This document shows, in pieces, positions 51,175 to 64,000 of a DNA stretch of 64,000 nt. The notes under the pieces are model-generated. The model made no database searches and was not told the origin of the DNA. It saw only the letters and a list, made by a program, of their open reading frames with translations. Origin of the DNA: Hormiphora californensis (lineage: Eukaryota; Animalia; Ctenophora); contig CM035350.1 of assembly GCA_020137815.1 (NCBI GenBank), positions 7,254,001 through 7,318,000 on the forward strand, written 5' to 3'. Within the stretch, counting starts at the first letter, position 1. Every line of letters starts with the position of its first letter. Made by a program: the position numbers and the translations under genes.

Positions 51175-52288
51175 GAAAGAGAAAGAAAGAGAAAGAGGGA
51201 GTTCCTGGGGTCTGGTAATATGCTTGTTCTATTTTCTATGCGTCCCCTTTTTAGCAGCGTGTGGTTTTGGAGCTGTTTCGTGGTCACGTCCTATGAGATA
51301 TATTGGCCCATGGTCATGCACAATTTCATGGCTGGTTCGTGCGGGAAAAATACTGAAGAGAGAGATTCAGTGAGATTCGTAGTAAATTCAGCTTGTTTTT
51401 CTATATCACACTAACTCTCTGATTTGACGTACGGCAATTTTTGCCTAATTTACAAGACATTTGCGGTGTTGAAAATGTGTCGAATATAACAGTCCTGCCA
51501 ACTCATATCATGTGCACATATTGTGACACGTCCTAGACCAGTGCTATAATCCCTTCTTCTTAGTTTATCTCACCGCCTATCCAGCCATGAGTGCTGCATT
51601 TCAAGTACACGCCATGCAGCCGTGTGTGTGTTAAAACTTGTTAAACATGTTGATCTGGGAAAGCCTACAGGAGAGATACGCTTGTTTAAAACAGGTCGAA
51701 CAAGCTTGCGTTAACACATTGACCTCGTCTGATCAATTAGTCAAAGTAGAGGGGTCTAGTGCAGATCATGAAATTAGGCTGGTGCTCGAGTTAGCACGGG
51801 GGGGGGTGTATAAAAGGATATGCCGAACATCATAACTACTTCAGTCTCATTCGCTAGAATCTGGACCAACAAATCTCTCTCTTTTCTCAGAATTACGCCT
51901 TTATCAACATCTCCAAGCGTCACGTCTTTTCATATGAATTTCTCATCGCCTTTCCATTTCTCTCTCTCTCTCTCCTGCGACATTCCATGGATTCACTCCA
52001 GCTTTTACCAGCTTGAAGACTGTAACATCTGGAAGCAACTTAGTGCAGCTTCATCTGTCAGAGCACTGATAGAAGAAGATGCACTAACTTGTTTCCTATA
52101 ATTCATTGACTTGACCCTGTTCTCATTTCGTTAAGATCAGCGGTCAGATCGGCATTGGCCTGGCAGAGCTTCTTTCACGATAGATAGAGTAATCGCGGAG
52201 ATATGGCGATCGACTTGACCATTATGATTTCTTTGACTGATCAAATGCCTGAAAAATGAATGTATTGTGACGCACAGGCCACAGGGTA

Positions 52289-53290
52289 TAGTAGGGGCGA
52301 ATCTTAGTTTTTTGACTCACTATTTGGTTCAAAGCAAATTCCGGTTGTAACCCACCTATTTTGACCCGCTGAACACGATCCCGTCCATAGGCAAGCTCGC
52401 AAAAGTGAAGAAAATGCCCAAATCGGCCACGCCCTTTTACCTGTATTTTCAGCCTGTAGCCAAAAACATAAATCCTCTTAGAATAGGAGTAGAGACAAAT
52501 CTGAGGGCACTAAAGTGATCAGCGCCCTCGCATTAGTGGGGGTAGGTGCTGGAATTAAGTCTCTATCTCATCTGGTTAATTAGATAATTGGATAATTAGG
52601 TTTGCGCATAACCGTTTTTTGGCTATATGGCTATAGCCACTTAGGAATGGTTTAGAGACTTTTCACTGGCGCCATTTTGTAGGCAATAGCCAAGTTATGG
52701 GGGGTCGACGTCGGACTTTTAAGCTCTATCTCCAACCGTTTAGCCGTTATTTGGCTTAAACGATGCTCAAAATCAGACTTTTTACCGTTTTTCGCTCATT
52801 TTGAGCATCGATTAAGCCCAATAACGGCTAAACGGTTGGAGATAGAGCTTAAAAGTCCGACGTCGACCCCCCATAACTTGGCTATTGCCTACAAAATGGC
52901 GCCAGTGAAAAGTCTCTAAACCATTCATAAGTGGCTATAGCCATATAGCCAAAAAACGGTTATGCGCAAACCTAATTATCCAATTATCTAATTAACCAGA
53001 TGAGATAGAGACTTAATTCCAGCACCTACCCCCACTAATGCGAGGGCGCTGATCACTTTAGTGCCCAGATTTGTCTCTACTCCTATTCTAAGAGGATTTA
53101 TGTTTTTGGCTACAGGCTGAAAATACAGGTAAAAGGGCGTGGCCGATTTGGGCGTTTTCTTCACTTTTGCGAGCTTGCCTATGGACGGGATCGTGTTCAG
53201 CGGGTCAAAATAGGTGGGTTACAACCGGAATTTGCTTTGAACCAAATAGTGAGTCAACCACTTCTTTTTGTGAGAGATTCGTCCCTACTA
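52289..53290. mobile_element. Palindromic Academ-like element (1002 bp); TSD GTA
   Basis: TAGTAGGGGCGAATC...GATTCGTCCCTACTA; arms within 52312-53257; GTA on both flanks. Confidence 0.9.
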
Positions 53291-54336
53291 GTACTGTACT
53301 GTATCTATAATGACTGCTTTATTCCCCTTCTCCCTCTCTACCTTGTTAAAAAGTCCATTTCTCTCGCTCTCTCTCGGAGATGTGGCCAATCACTACATAA
53401 TGCATTCGTAGTAGTTCCATGTGTTTCGAATTTATGAAATCACTGACCATCCCCTCTTGATGACCTAGGTAACCAACTGAATTGTAGGGAGAGACGTTGC
53501 CGGTTTCTCTCTTTCAATCACTCTCTCTCTCTCTCTCTCCCACCCTGTATGCAGAGAAAGCATAATACGAGGCGGCCTATTACGACAGATACCACTACCA
53601 CCACGAACTATGAGTTTCAGAAATTAATTATCTTCAGGTTGACTTTCCTTACGCTTTTTTAATGTAACTTTCACCCAAAACTTGTCTCTTCCTCGAAAAT
53701 TTCTGTTTGGCTCATGTTTATACCCGCGGGTGGAACTTGGTTAATACCCCCTCGCCACCACATTCGCGCTCTGGCAAGGGAGGGGTAACTTCGTTACCAA
53801 GGGAGGGGTACATAGCGTTTTCGCTTTCCATATAACCACACGCCCATATTATGTACAATAGTATATTTGAAGCAGTATTTCGTAACGTACCTTCCTGCTC
53901 TGATTCCAGCTTCCCATTATCTCTTTGTATCCTTCTGGCGGTCGTCAGTCGCTGAAAATTGGGAGTTAGATTTAACACGCAAGGCACACACACACATAAG
54001 GCACACGTGTATTACTAAATGACACATGGATCATTTATCGCCCCCAGTATGCCCCTGCTGGTGCTATAAGAGAGGTCGTGTTATTTTGGACCCAACACAC
54101 ACACACACACTTTGTCAATTAACACTTTCGTATTTCTCCTCGCCGCCCCTTGCCATCTAGTTTTCACAACTCGACGCGAGAAAACCACAGGGGGGAGGGG
54201 GAGTGTGTGTGTGTGTGTGTGTGTAATGTGTGATTTTGTTCTCGGTTGACAGCTTTTTAAATAGATATACCACACATTAAAGGAAGCTACCAGGGGTTAG
54301 ATCAGATCTAGACCCATCTCATATCGATACCACGTA

Positions 54337-56298
54337 TAATTCATGGAATTCTTGTTAGAACCTAGAAATCATTAGAGGCAAGCTAATTTTTGCACAATCC
54401 GATAGTCAATAGGCCCCTGAACCACCAAAAAAAGTCCCAAGTCCAATTCCTGGGGGAAGTGCCCCTAATTGGCCCTACTTGATTACAGTGTATTTGTAAC
54501 CATCAATTTAATCGTAAATCGTCTTAGGAAAGGAGTAGAGGGAAAACCGAGGGCACCAAAGTGTTCATCGTCCTCGCATTAGTGGGGGTAGGTGCTGGAA
54601 TTAAGTCTCTATCTTACCTGGTTAATTAGATAATTGGATAATTAGGTTTGCGCATAGCCGTTTTTTGGCTATATGGCTATAGCCACTTAGGAAAAGAGTA
54701 GAGACAAAACCGAGGGCACTAAAATGATCAGCGTCCTCGAATTAGTGGGGGTAGGTGCTGAAATTAAGTCTCTATCTCATCTGGTTAATTAGATAATTGG
54801 ATAATTAGATCCACACATAGCCGTTTTTGGCCATATGGCTATAGCCACTTAGGAATGGTTTAGAGACTTTTCACTGGTGCCATTTTCTAGACAATGGCTA
54901 AGTTATGGGGGGTCGTGGTCGGACTTTTAAGCTCTATCTCCAACCGTTTAGCCGTTATTTGGATTCAAAGATCCACAAAGAGGCTCAAAATCGTACTTTT
55001 TACCATTTTTTGCTCATTTTCAGCACCTTTGAATCCAAATAACGGCTAAACGGTTGGAGATAGAGCTTAAAAGTCCGACCACGACCCCCCATAACTTAGC
55101 CATTGCCTACAAAATGGCACCAGTGAAAAGTCTCTAAACCATTCCTAAGTGGCTATAGCCATATGGCAAAAAACGGCTATGCGCGGATCTAATTATCTAA
55201 TTAACCAGATGAGATAGAGACTTAATTTCAGCACCTACCCCCACTAATTCGAGGACGCTGATCATTTTAGTGCCCTCGGTTTTGTCTCTACTCTTTTCCT
55301 AAGTGGCTATAGCCATATAGCCAAAAAACGGCTATGTGCAAACCTAATTATCCAATTATCTAATTAACCAGATAAGATAGAGACTTAATTCCAGCACCTA
55401 CCCCCACTAATGCGAGGACGCTGAACACTTTGGTGCCCTCGGTTTTCCCTCTACTCCTTTCCTAAGACGATTTACGATTTAATTGATGGTTACAAATACA
55501 CTGTAATCAATTAGGGCCAATTAGGGGCACTTCCCCCAGGAGTTGGGCTTGGGACTTTTTTTTGGTGGTTCAGGGGCCTATTGACTATCGGATTGTTTGT
55601 CTCATATGAGACCCTCCTCTTCGCACTGGGCCGAAGGCCCGGTGCGGCTACGTGAGGCCGCGTAGCGGCCTCGCGTAGCGAGGAGGGTCTCACGTCAAAG
55701 GGTCTTCTTGAATCTGCAACGCGCCGCGCACAGCAAGTGCTAACAGCGCCAACTCTTCTCTCTCTATAGTCTGAGCGCGTCTCTCGCTTTTCCCACGGAC
55801 CGTGGGAACGTCGCGAGAGCTCTTTTTTACAAGAATGAATGATTTTGAAGAGTTCAAACCGTGTTTTTAAATACACGTAATTAAAAACGCGCCTCGTTTT
55901 CACATCATTGCACAATTCAATCATCATCTTTCACGTTTCATCATCATTCAAACATTTTCATCACAAATCACTTTTACAACCGTGTTTAACCCGCGCCTCC
56001 CTATAACCTCAGCAGCTTCAAAACAATAACGTCGCAAAAAAATACGGAACGCGCCTTCGTTTCATCAATCTTTGTCTTTTCAACCTCTTTCACCCTCGTT
56101 TTCAATCCACATCTTTTTGCGCGTTGCTAAACCACAATGTTTGGGGGTGAGGAATGACCTGTCTCTTCTGGTTGCACCTCTTTTCGCGGTGCACACTCTA
56201 GTGTACCGTCAGGTAGGACAAAAACGGATTGTGCAAAATTAGCTTGCCCTAATGAATTTCTAGGTTCGGGCTGTTTTTGACAACATTTCCATGACTTA
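54337..56298. mobile_element. Palindromic Academ-like element, TSD GTA, right arm interrupted by a nested insertion
   Basis: TAATTCATGGAA.../...TTCCATGACTTA; GTA on both flanks; the arm resumes at 56225. Confidence 0.85.
55597..56224. mobile_element. Nested 628-bp insertion, 8-bp TSD CGGATTGT, Y-shaped hairpin near one end
   Basis: CGGATTGT at 55589-55596 and 56225-56232. The opposite arm of the host element has a single copy (ACAATCCG), which shows the empty site. Confidence 0.85.
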
Positions 56299-56546
56299 GT
56301 AGCACTCTTGGCTCCATTGCAACATATTCTCGCTCCGCGAAGAATGTATGTGAGATCGATCTCACTCAGGCATCAATGTGGCCAAGTAGCACTCGTCATG
56401 TGATAGGTCTTCACAATTGATGCATCATGGTGTGTGTTCGAACTTGATCGTGTGTATTGGTGAGAAGTCTAATGAGGGTTTGTTGTTTAAACCTGCTTAT
56501 AAGAGAGATAGGTTTGTGTGTGTGTGTGTTGAACGTTACAGATGGT

Positions 56547-56954
56547 TGGTCTCATATATGTGCCGGAAAGGCCCGGGAACGGCAACCGTGGCTAAAAGGA
56601 CCCTCCTTTCCCGGACGGGGGCCGGGTCGGCTCTTATGGCCGGAGGGGGGTGCGTGCGAGGGGTCTCGTTTAAAGTGTGTTTTAAAATTCAAACCGGGAA
56701 CGCGCCCGCAATTTTCAGCGGCAAACCTTTTTTTGGTTGGGAGCGGTCCTCTCGGCGGTTTTACCCCGGACCGTGTGGGAACGTGGCAAGCTTTCCCCTT
56801 TTTTACGTTGGGTGTTTTGATTTTGAAGAGTCTTCTTTAACCCGTTTTCGCGCTGTTTCAACCCCTTTGCCGCGGGGCCAAACCATGTTCTTGGGGTTTG
56901 GACTTGTGCACCTGGTTGGGGTTTTTCAACTCAGTGTACGTCAGTTGAGGACAA
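56547..56954. mobile_element. Divergent or noisy relative of the 55597 insertion
   Basis: Starts TGGTCTCATAT, ends ACTCAGTGTACGTCAGTTGAGGACAA; flanks CAGATGGT/CGGATGGT. Confidence 0.55.
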
Positions 56955-57476
56955 CGGATGGTGTTTAACTTGGCTTAAGATTTAGGTTTTGGTTTGTTTT
57001 GAAACTTTCAGATTGGTTTGGTCCAAATTGAAAATATTTGCCGCAAAGATATGTGATCGATCTATTCATATCACGGGGCCCCATACACTCTCATTGATTT
57101 GGTTCTCCCATCCGAGCCTTCAGGTTGTTTCCTTTGATCTTGTATTGGTGAGGTCTTGATTTTGTTTAACCTGCTTTCTAAGAGGATAAGGTGGTCGTTT
57201 GGTTGAACTTTACCGATGGTTGGTTCTAGCCCTCATTGTTTTCTCTTAATTCAGGCCCCCCTCCTTTTTGGTTCCCCCCAGGGCCTACCCCCTTAATCCT
57301 CTTTCGGCCATACCGCACACCCCCACACAATACCCCGACCCCGGATTGTTGGATTGAGGGGGGACCTCTTATCTGTTCGATTCCTCTCCTTCTAGTTTTA
57401 CCCAAACCCTTCCCATCTTTTTTTTAAAATTGTCTCAAATCTATTAAATGCTATTTTTGGGGTCGTTTTCCCCTTT

Positions 57477-57578
<102 letters not shown>

Positions 57579-57859
57579 GCCCTCTCTCCCACAGTTGTAG
57601 AGGAACAAGATGCTTGGACATTGTATGGGAGACGTTACTGAATTTCATGATATAAGGCAGCTAGAAATGTTCTTCTTTGGTCATTTTCCCACCATATGAT
57701 ATGGGTTCTTTGTTTCTTCTGTACGGCATTGTTATGATTATAACTTATATATATCTTACTCTCATTAGTTACGGTTATTTGGTCTTATCTATTATTGTTT
57801 ACTGACGTGCTAGTTCGCGTGCGTCAACCGTCGTTGACGCACAACTGTCAGAGTATATA

Positions 57860-59412
57860 CATATATTCTCCGGGTCGGTTGGCGAGCTGTCACGCAAAAA
57901 CGGTGATAGTTGTGTGAAAACAAACTGCGGGAGTGTGCTGGATTAATTCCTTCCTAACTGATGGCTTTGTTTTAAAATTGAATTTCAAAAGTTCATTTTT
58001 CATGAATGAACATTGCTGCCGTTCATTCATGAATTCTGAAATATTGTTTACCTTGCGTAAGTAACTTTTCTCTGGCTCGCAATTATCTTTCCAATGAGCA
58101 CCATAAAACTCAAATTGAAGCACCAGGTCACATGACAGTTGAGAAAATGAACATGCATGTTTTTAGCTCTTTTTGCGACTTTCAATCGGCTGTATCACCG
58201 CTACCTTATCTTCAATCTTTTTGAAACTTTGGGTGAACATTGGATAAGCAAAGATCTTTGCTCACAAGAAAAATCAAGGTCATAACGCAAAGTTCATTTT
58301 TCAATTTTGTTAGTTCATTCCACTCATTCAGGAACCAACAACCATAAAGTGATGAAAAGTGTTGGGTTTTGTTTGGCCAATGTCCTGCAATGACAGAGAG
58401 GTGTAGTAACGTGTTTCCGAGCTAGTTAGTGGGTGCCATGTGACCATGACGATATCTGACACCTTCGTTGAGCAATAATAAAGAGTTTTTCTCAAATTCA
58501 AGCATGTGATTCGGGTCTTCTGCGATTAGTATCGTGCAGCAATCTTGAGAGATCTCATAGCACCTCAAAAATGATGATTAGTTCAATAAATTGAGTCAAC
58601 TTATGATCAATAAGATTAAAACCGATGCCACATTGAAATCAAAGACCATTTTCGATCATAAATCAACTCATTTCATTGAACTAATCATCATTTTTGAGGT
58701 GCTATGAGATCTCTCAAGATTGCTGCACGATATTAATCGCAGAAGACCCGAATCACATGCTTGAATTTGAGAAAATCCCTTTATTATTGCTCAACGAAGG
58801 TGTCAGATATCGTCATGATCACATGACACCCACTAACTAGCTCGGAAACACGTTACTACACCTCTCTGTCATTGCAGGACATTGGCCAAACAAAGCCCAA
58901 CACTTTTCATCACTTTATGGTTGTTGGTTCCTGAATGAGTGGAATGAACTAACAAAATTGAAAAATGAACTTTGCGTTATGACCTTGATTTTTCTTGTGA
59001 GCAAAGATCTTTGATTATCCAATGTTCACCCAAAGTTTCAAAAAGATTGAAGATAAGGTAGCGGTGATACAGCCGATTGAAAGTCGCAAAAAGAGCCAAA
59101 ATCATGCATGTTCATTTTCTCAACTGTCATGTGACCTGGTGCTTCAATTTGAGTTTTATGGTGCTCATTGGAAAGATAATTGCGAGCCAAAGAAAAGTTA
59201 CTTACTCAAGGTAAACAATATTTCAGAATTCATGAATGAACGGCAGCAATGTTCATTCATGAAAAATGAACTTTTGAAATTCAATTTTAAAACAAAGCCA
59301 TCAGTTAGGAAGGAATTAATCCAGCACACTCCCGCAGTTTGTTTTCACACAACTATCACCGTTTTTGCGTGACAGCTCGCCAACCGACCCGGAGAATATA
59401 TGGGACACCCTG
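57860..59412. mobile_element. 1.55-kb palindromic element with a Tc1/mariner-type right end; left terminal 10 bp missing
   Basis: ~740-bp arms within 57860-59402; right end GGACACCCTG|TA (reverse TA|CAGGGTGTCC). Confidence 0.8.
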
Positions 59413-61775
59413 TATTTTGGCTTTTGTGATTAGTTTTCCTGTTCTTTCATTGTTCTTTCATTCTTGTATTATTGTTCATTACTATCTATTTATCCTTCCA
59501 CGAACTCGGTAGTTCTGATAGTAGAAACAACGTATTACAACCATTTCAGCATAATCTATGGGTTCCTTTGCCAATAAATGAATAACTATTTTTCTCTCAG
59601 GTTGGCGATCGGTGTACTTTGAAATAGGTCTTTAGTTGAAACTGACATGACAGTTTATTAGTATCTGGTTCTTGGCCTAAGAATCTTATGAGGCTAGTGC
59701 TGTGTTTATTTGCGAATTGCAAGGGGCGGGGAACTGAAAGCAATGATATACATGTTAATGCATTGTTGCGTGTAGTTATTGTTTCTCTCCTTGTGGTTGT
59801 TATTAATATGTAACGTACCAATGTAGGTATCGGCCTGTTCTACTCTCCAAACCATACATGGTTCTCTCTCTCCCTCTTCCTGATCTCTGACTCTCTCTCT
59901 CTCTCTGACTCTCTCTCTCTCCCTCTATCTTTATCCCCTCTCTTTCACTCCCGGGTTCCTCTCTATCTTTCTTATAACTGTCTCTCTGTTTTCATCCAAT
60001 TTTTATTTCTCATCCATGGCGTGGTAATTGATAGGCATTGATTAGCACCGTCGCCACAATTTAAGATAGAGATAGGAAAAAAGGAAAAAGAGGAAAAAAG
60101 AACTGGAGAGAAAGGGAGAAAACAGAAAGGGTGTTATTATTACGAACAATAATAACGCATTTCGAGTTGAAACACGTTTTATTGAGTCATAATCTGCTAA
60201 TTTGTTGAACACCTTGCTAGTTAATTAATAGGTTCTCAATTAACGCAAATAACAATACATTTAATATCATACTACTTACTAAGCAAATTGTGTAACGGAG
60301 GTCACCTAGCAACTACACTTGCACGTGCAATTATTAGAGGGACCTGGAGACCTCTCTCTCCCGGTTGCAATTGAGTACCAGGGGGGAATTCAATTCTGCA
60401 CGTGCATTCTTTTACTTCTGTCCTGATGTCTAGCTCTTCCACCCCAAGCGCTATTCGGCAACGTTTATCTAGGTCAAGGAGAACTGCTGCTGTCAGGGAG
60501 CAGGCTAGAGAATATAATGACAGATTACGCGAACGTGTTCAAGCGAGCCAATCAACGACTACGGATAGCTTTACCCAACGTCGCCCAAGGGTGATTACTC
60601 CAGTCAAATATAGAAATCTCCGAATCGGCTACATAGCGGCCAAGTTTTCATGTGATGAGTTTCTGGAACAGCAATGCACCTCCATGACATTGATCTCTTA
60701 AATTCGCTCCTTGACATTGTCAGGAAGCCCAGAGAGTACAACAACATGGGTAGGGAGAAAGTGAGAGATAGGCTAGGAACGGATGGTGCATGCAATGTGA
60801 TGTCAGCTTATCCAGCTACCATTTTCCCGAAATTAGCCCGTAGGGCGAACGGGCCTACTAGTACTTTATAATTATATATTATACTAACTGATTATAGACG
60901 CCCGCTTGTTGTTCCTTAGTTCCATGTGTTCTCTTTGTTTACTTTCTCCTCCCATGAGGTACATCTATCTTTTTAATTTTATAGCTTTATCTTTTCTCAA
61001 TTCTATCGCATCATCATATCTCCAGCTGTCTGTTGTTTTGAGTCTGAGATCCCGTGAGTTCCCACGTACATAGAATGACTAAATCATATCCGCCTCCTAA
61101 CTATGTAACACTAACATGGAGTTTCCTCGTTTCGAAGTTTGTATCACTACAGTTTTCTACAACTTTCTCTGAGAGAATCTATCCAGAACCCACTTAATTA
61201 ACTTAGTATCTTAGCTGATATGTTTTGTCATGTATTATATGTTTTGTCATGTATTATATGTTTTGTCATGTGTTATAGCACTCGTGATCAGGTACCGTGC
61301 CGATCTATAATTGCTTGATTCACATGACTTCATTTTCGGGGGACTTCCTAGCTCGCGGTAACTGAATTTCCTGCTTTTACTTCTGATGTTTATCTTACAT
61401 TCCTGATGGTGATTATTTATTTCATTTCAGTTCCGATCGCGCCCATGTATATATTGAAAATCCACATTAGTGAACAGAGGGCAGGGTGGTCCCATCTTGT
61501 CTCACAAAAGACTTCCCTCTCCGAACCGAGGGCCGATAGTCATTAGGCTTTCTTTCTGTCCCATGGGGAGGATAGTGGGGAGGATAGACAGAGCAAGATG
61601 ACTGCGTGAGACAAAACATAGTGATGGACCTGATCGTAGCCGTGAGAGATTGAAATTTATCCTAAAGATAGATAGATAGATAGATAGATGACAAGATCGA
61701 GAGAGATCGGGAGTGAAAGAGAGAGATCAGAGAAAGAGAGAGAGAGAGAGATCAGAGAGAGAGAGAGAGAGAGAG

Positions 61776-61882
<107 letters not shown>

Positions 61883-62024
61883 GCTGCATGTTGAGTGTTG
61901 CAGAACGTATGTCCAGAGATTAAAATAATATGAAGACCACGTGTTCTCTAAGGAAATGCCTTAAATTTATTCAGCAACTCAGCAAGATCCGCAATTAGCA
62001 AGTAGCATCAAGCTACTTCTCAAT

Positions 62025-62169
62025 ATCCCTACTAAAATATAGTTCGACGCGACGCGACGCGCGATCGATGAACGATCGATAAACGATCGATAAACGATCG
62101 ATATCGATCGTTTATCGATCGTTCATCGATCGCGCGTCGCGTCGCGTCGAACTATATTTTAGTAGGGAT
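62025..62169. mobile_element. 145-bp palindromic MITE-like element with internal CGATCGAT repeats
   Basis: ATCCCTACTAAAATATAGTTCGACGCG...CGCGTCGAACTATATTTTAGTAGGGAT. Confidence 0.7.
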
Positions 62170-62180
62170 TGTCTCTCTCT

Positions 62181-62221
<41 letters not shown>

Positions 62222-63510
62222 TCTCTCTCTCTGTCTCTCCCTCTTTCACTCTCTCTCTCTCTCTCTTTCTCTCTTTCTCTCTCTCTCACTATCTCTCTCT
62301 CTCTCTCTCTATCTCTATGCCGACTAATATAATATAATAGTGAGATAATAAACGTCAAAGAAAGAGAGAATTGTAATATTGTAGTGACACTGACAGATCG
62401 AAAATATTATACGGAAGTTGGGATATTTTAGTGTGAGCGGACTTCCGCTCGGAGAGAAATTGGGAGAGAGCGTTATTGTTAGAGAGCGTGAAATATTAGT
62501 TGTATTAGCTTCCTGTTTATTGCATTGCCGTCAAAAAATACACTGTGTTTTCTCTTCCGATTCTCTTCCGATTCTCTCCACTTTTTTTCTCTATTTTTGT
62601 TTCCTTCGTTCCTTTCGATCGTGTTTTATTTTCATTGCTTTTTGAATATTTTCTGCATATTTATGTAACTTACATTGTAAGCCGGGAGTTTTATTCTTGT
62701 TAGACCCTCTTCTTTGAAATTGAACAAAACAATTTAATTTAGTGTTTGGTGGCTAAATATTTTGATACCGCTCTGCAGGTCACCTCTCAGTGTATACTTC
62801 CCTACCCCGTGAGGGAAGGGCAGCATATAAGTCGACCTATTACAATATAATTATTATCACTCAAATTTTAATCAGACTCCAGCTTATTCAGCCCCATCTT
62901 TTTCGTAAGATGAGTCTGGGCCACACCACATTGCCATTTAACATGCCAGGCTGCATCTATACGTGCTTAGTAAACAGTAAAGTACCGCTATTGTACAACT
63001 CGAACTCGCACATGATATTCAGAAAAGACTGAGTCATTCAGACGAGTACAGCTGTTAAAACAAGATTCATACAGGATGTATTGGATGTTTTTAACAGACA
63101 ACAGATGATCTCTCTCCTGCCTACATTTTAGATGTTAATTGTGCGACCTTCAGATCAGATAGGAGGTCGACCTCCTATAAAGTTCTCAATACAAGGACCT
63201 ATTATGACTGGCATTGCCCTACCCTTGGAGTTAGCTCTATGCAATATTATGCTTGTAAAATGTCAGTAATAACGCTTATAAATAATAAAATGATGTTTGT
63301 GACCTATAATATTGGCATATTGTGAGGGATAGAACATATATTATTATTTTTACACTGCATGAGCAAAATGAAATATTAGCGGCGCCGACCTCGCCCAGAA
63401 TAGAACAATAGGCCTTCTATTAGCTCTTATCGATGGTCTAAAAGTTCTTTTCGATGATCTATTAGCTCTTAACTTATCGATTTGACGTCATGTTTGACGT
63501 TTTTGTAATA

Positions 63511-63608
63511 CAGTCGGACCCCGATTTAGTGGCCCCTGATTTAGTGGCACCCCGATTTAGTGGCAGGATTTTTTCCCCCGAGGATGCCATTAAATCGGGG
63601 CCCGACTA
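63511..63608. mobile_element. ~100-bp pogo/Tc1-type MITE
   Basis: TA|CAGTCGGACCCCGATTTA...TAAATCGGGGCCCGACT; internal GATTTAGTGGC x3. Confidence 0.7.
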
Positions 63609-64000
63609 TGTAAGTATGTCTAAAACACTCTCGATTACTTGCAATGGCTGGTAAGAAAACAGAGCGTGATTTAACCGAATCACAGCTGGGAATTTGATTC
63701 GAGCTCAAAGAGCATACTTTTCAGCTATATGGGAGCTTAGTCGAGTATACCTCTACCTGCATATATAATACGGTATTCTGCAGTATTCCATTACAATTTT
63801 TTCACAGCTTTTAGTATATACGCGGATGCATAGCACTAGCAGCTTGAGGCGGGGGATGACCTAGCAATTTAATATAGCACTATGGTAATAGAGTGGTTGC
63901 TAAAATTGGTGAACTGCAGTCGACGCGTTTCTCCCACCATGGTCCAGGAGGTATAGGCTGTCTAAATTGCCGGAATTAGGCTATCTATACTATTTCCAGC

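Noticed and set aside
57050-57225. Degenerate copy of ~56350-56550 as a biological duplication or empty site
   Set aside because: Differences are dominated by small indels, which looks like low-quality long-read consensus and cannot be trusted without reads.
57890-59372. Mirror ORFs in the 58-kb palindrome
   Set aside because: They arise from arm symmetry and contain no recognisable domain.

Overview
Compact, intron-containing animal genome segment. It is probably a marine invertebrate, and the gene packing and acceptor-proximal ATGs fit a ctenophore (inference only). Left part: tandem pentraxin-like genes (-), then ten tightly packed + strand genes: Mic60, SNRPA1, an unannotated small Cys-rich TM protein, TAF11, a PI3K p55-type regulatory subunit, BCAS2, ornithine decarboxylase antizyme, CoREST-like, an HD-domain protein and a PXA-PX sorting nexin. 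Middle: BCCT transporter and glutaminase (-), and an LRR protein (+). The right end is gene-poor and rich in mobile elements. Highlights: (1) an antizyme whose ATG is split by an intron and which needs a +1 frameshift at an atypical CCG-UGA site; (2) four long foldback elements with TA..TA termini and 3-bp TSDs (Academ-like), with different ends but shared internal modules; (3) an insertion with an 8-bp TSD, no real TIR and a Y-shaped, GNA-triloop hairpin typical of ssDNA; (4) minisatellites that amplify exon-end plus splice-donor units; (5) an operon-like cluster with candidate trans-splice acceptors. All gene models were spliced by eye, and no database searches were run.
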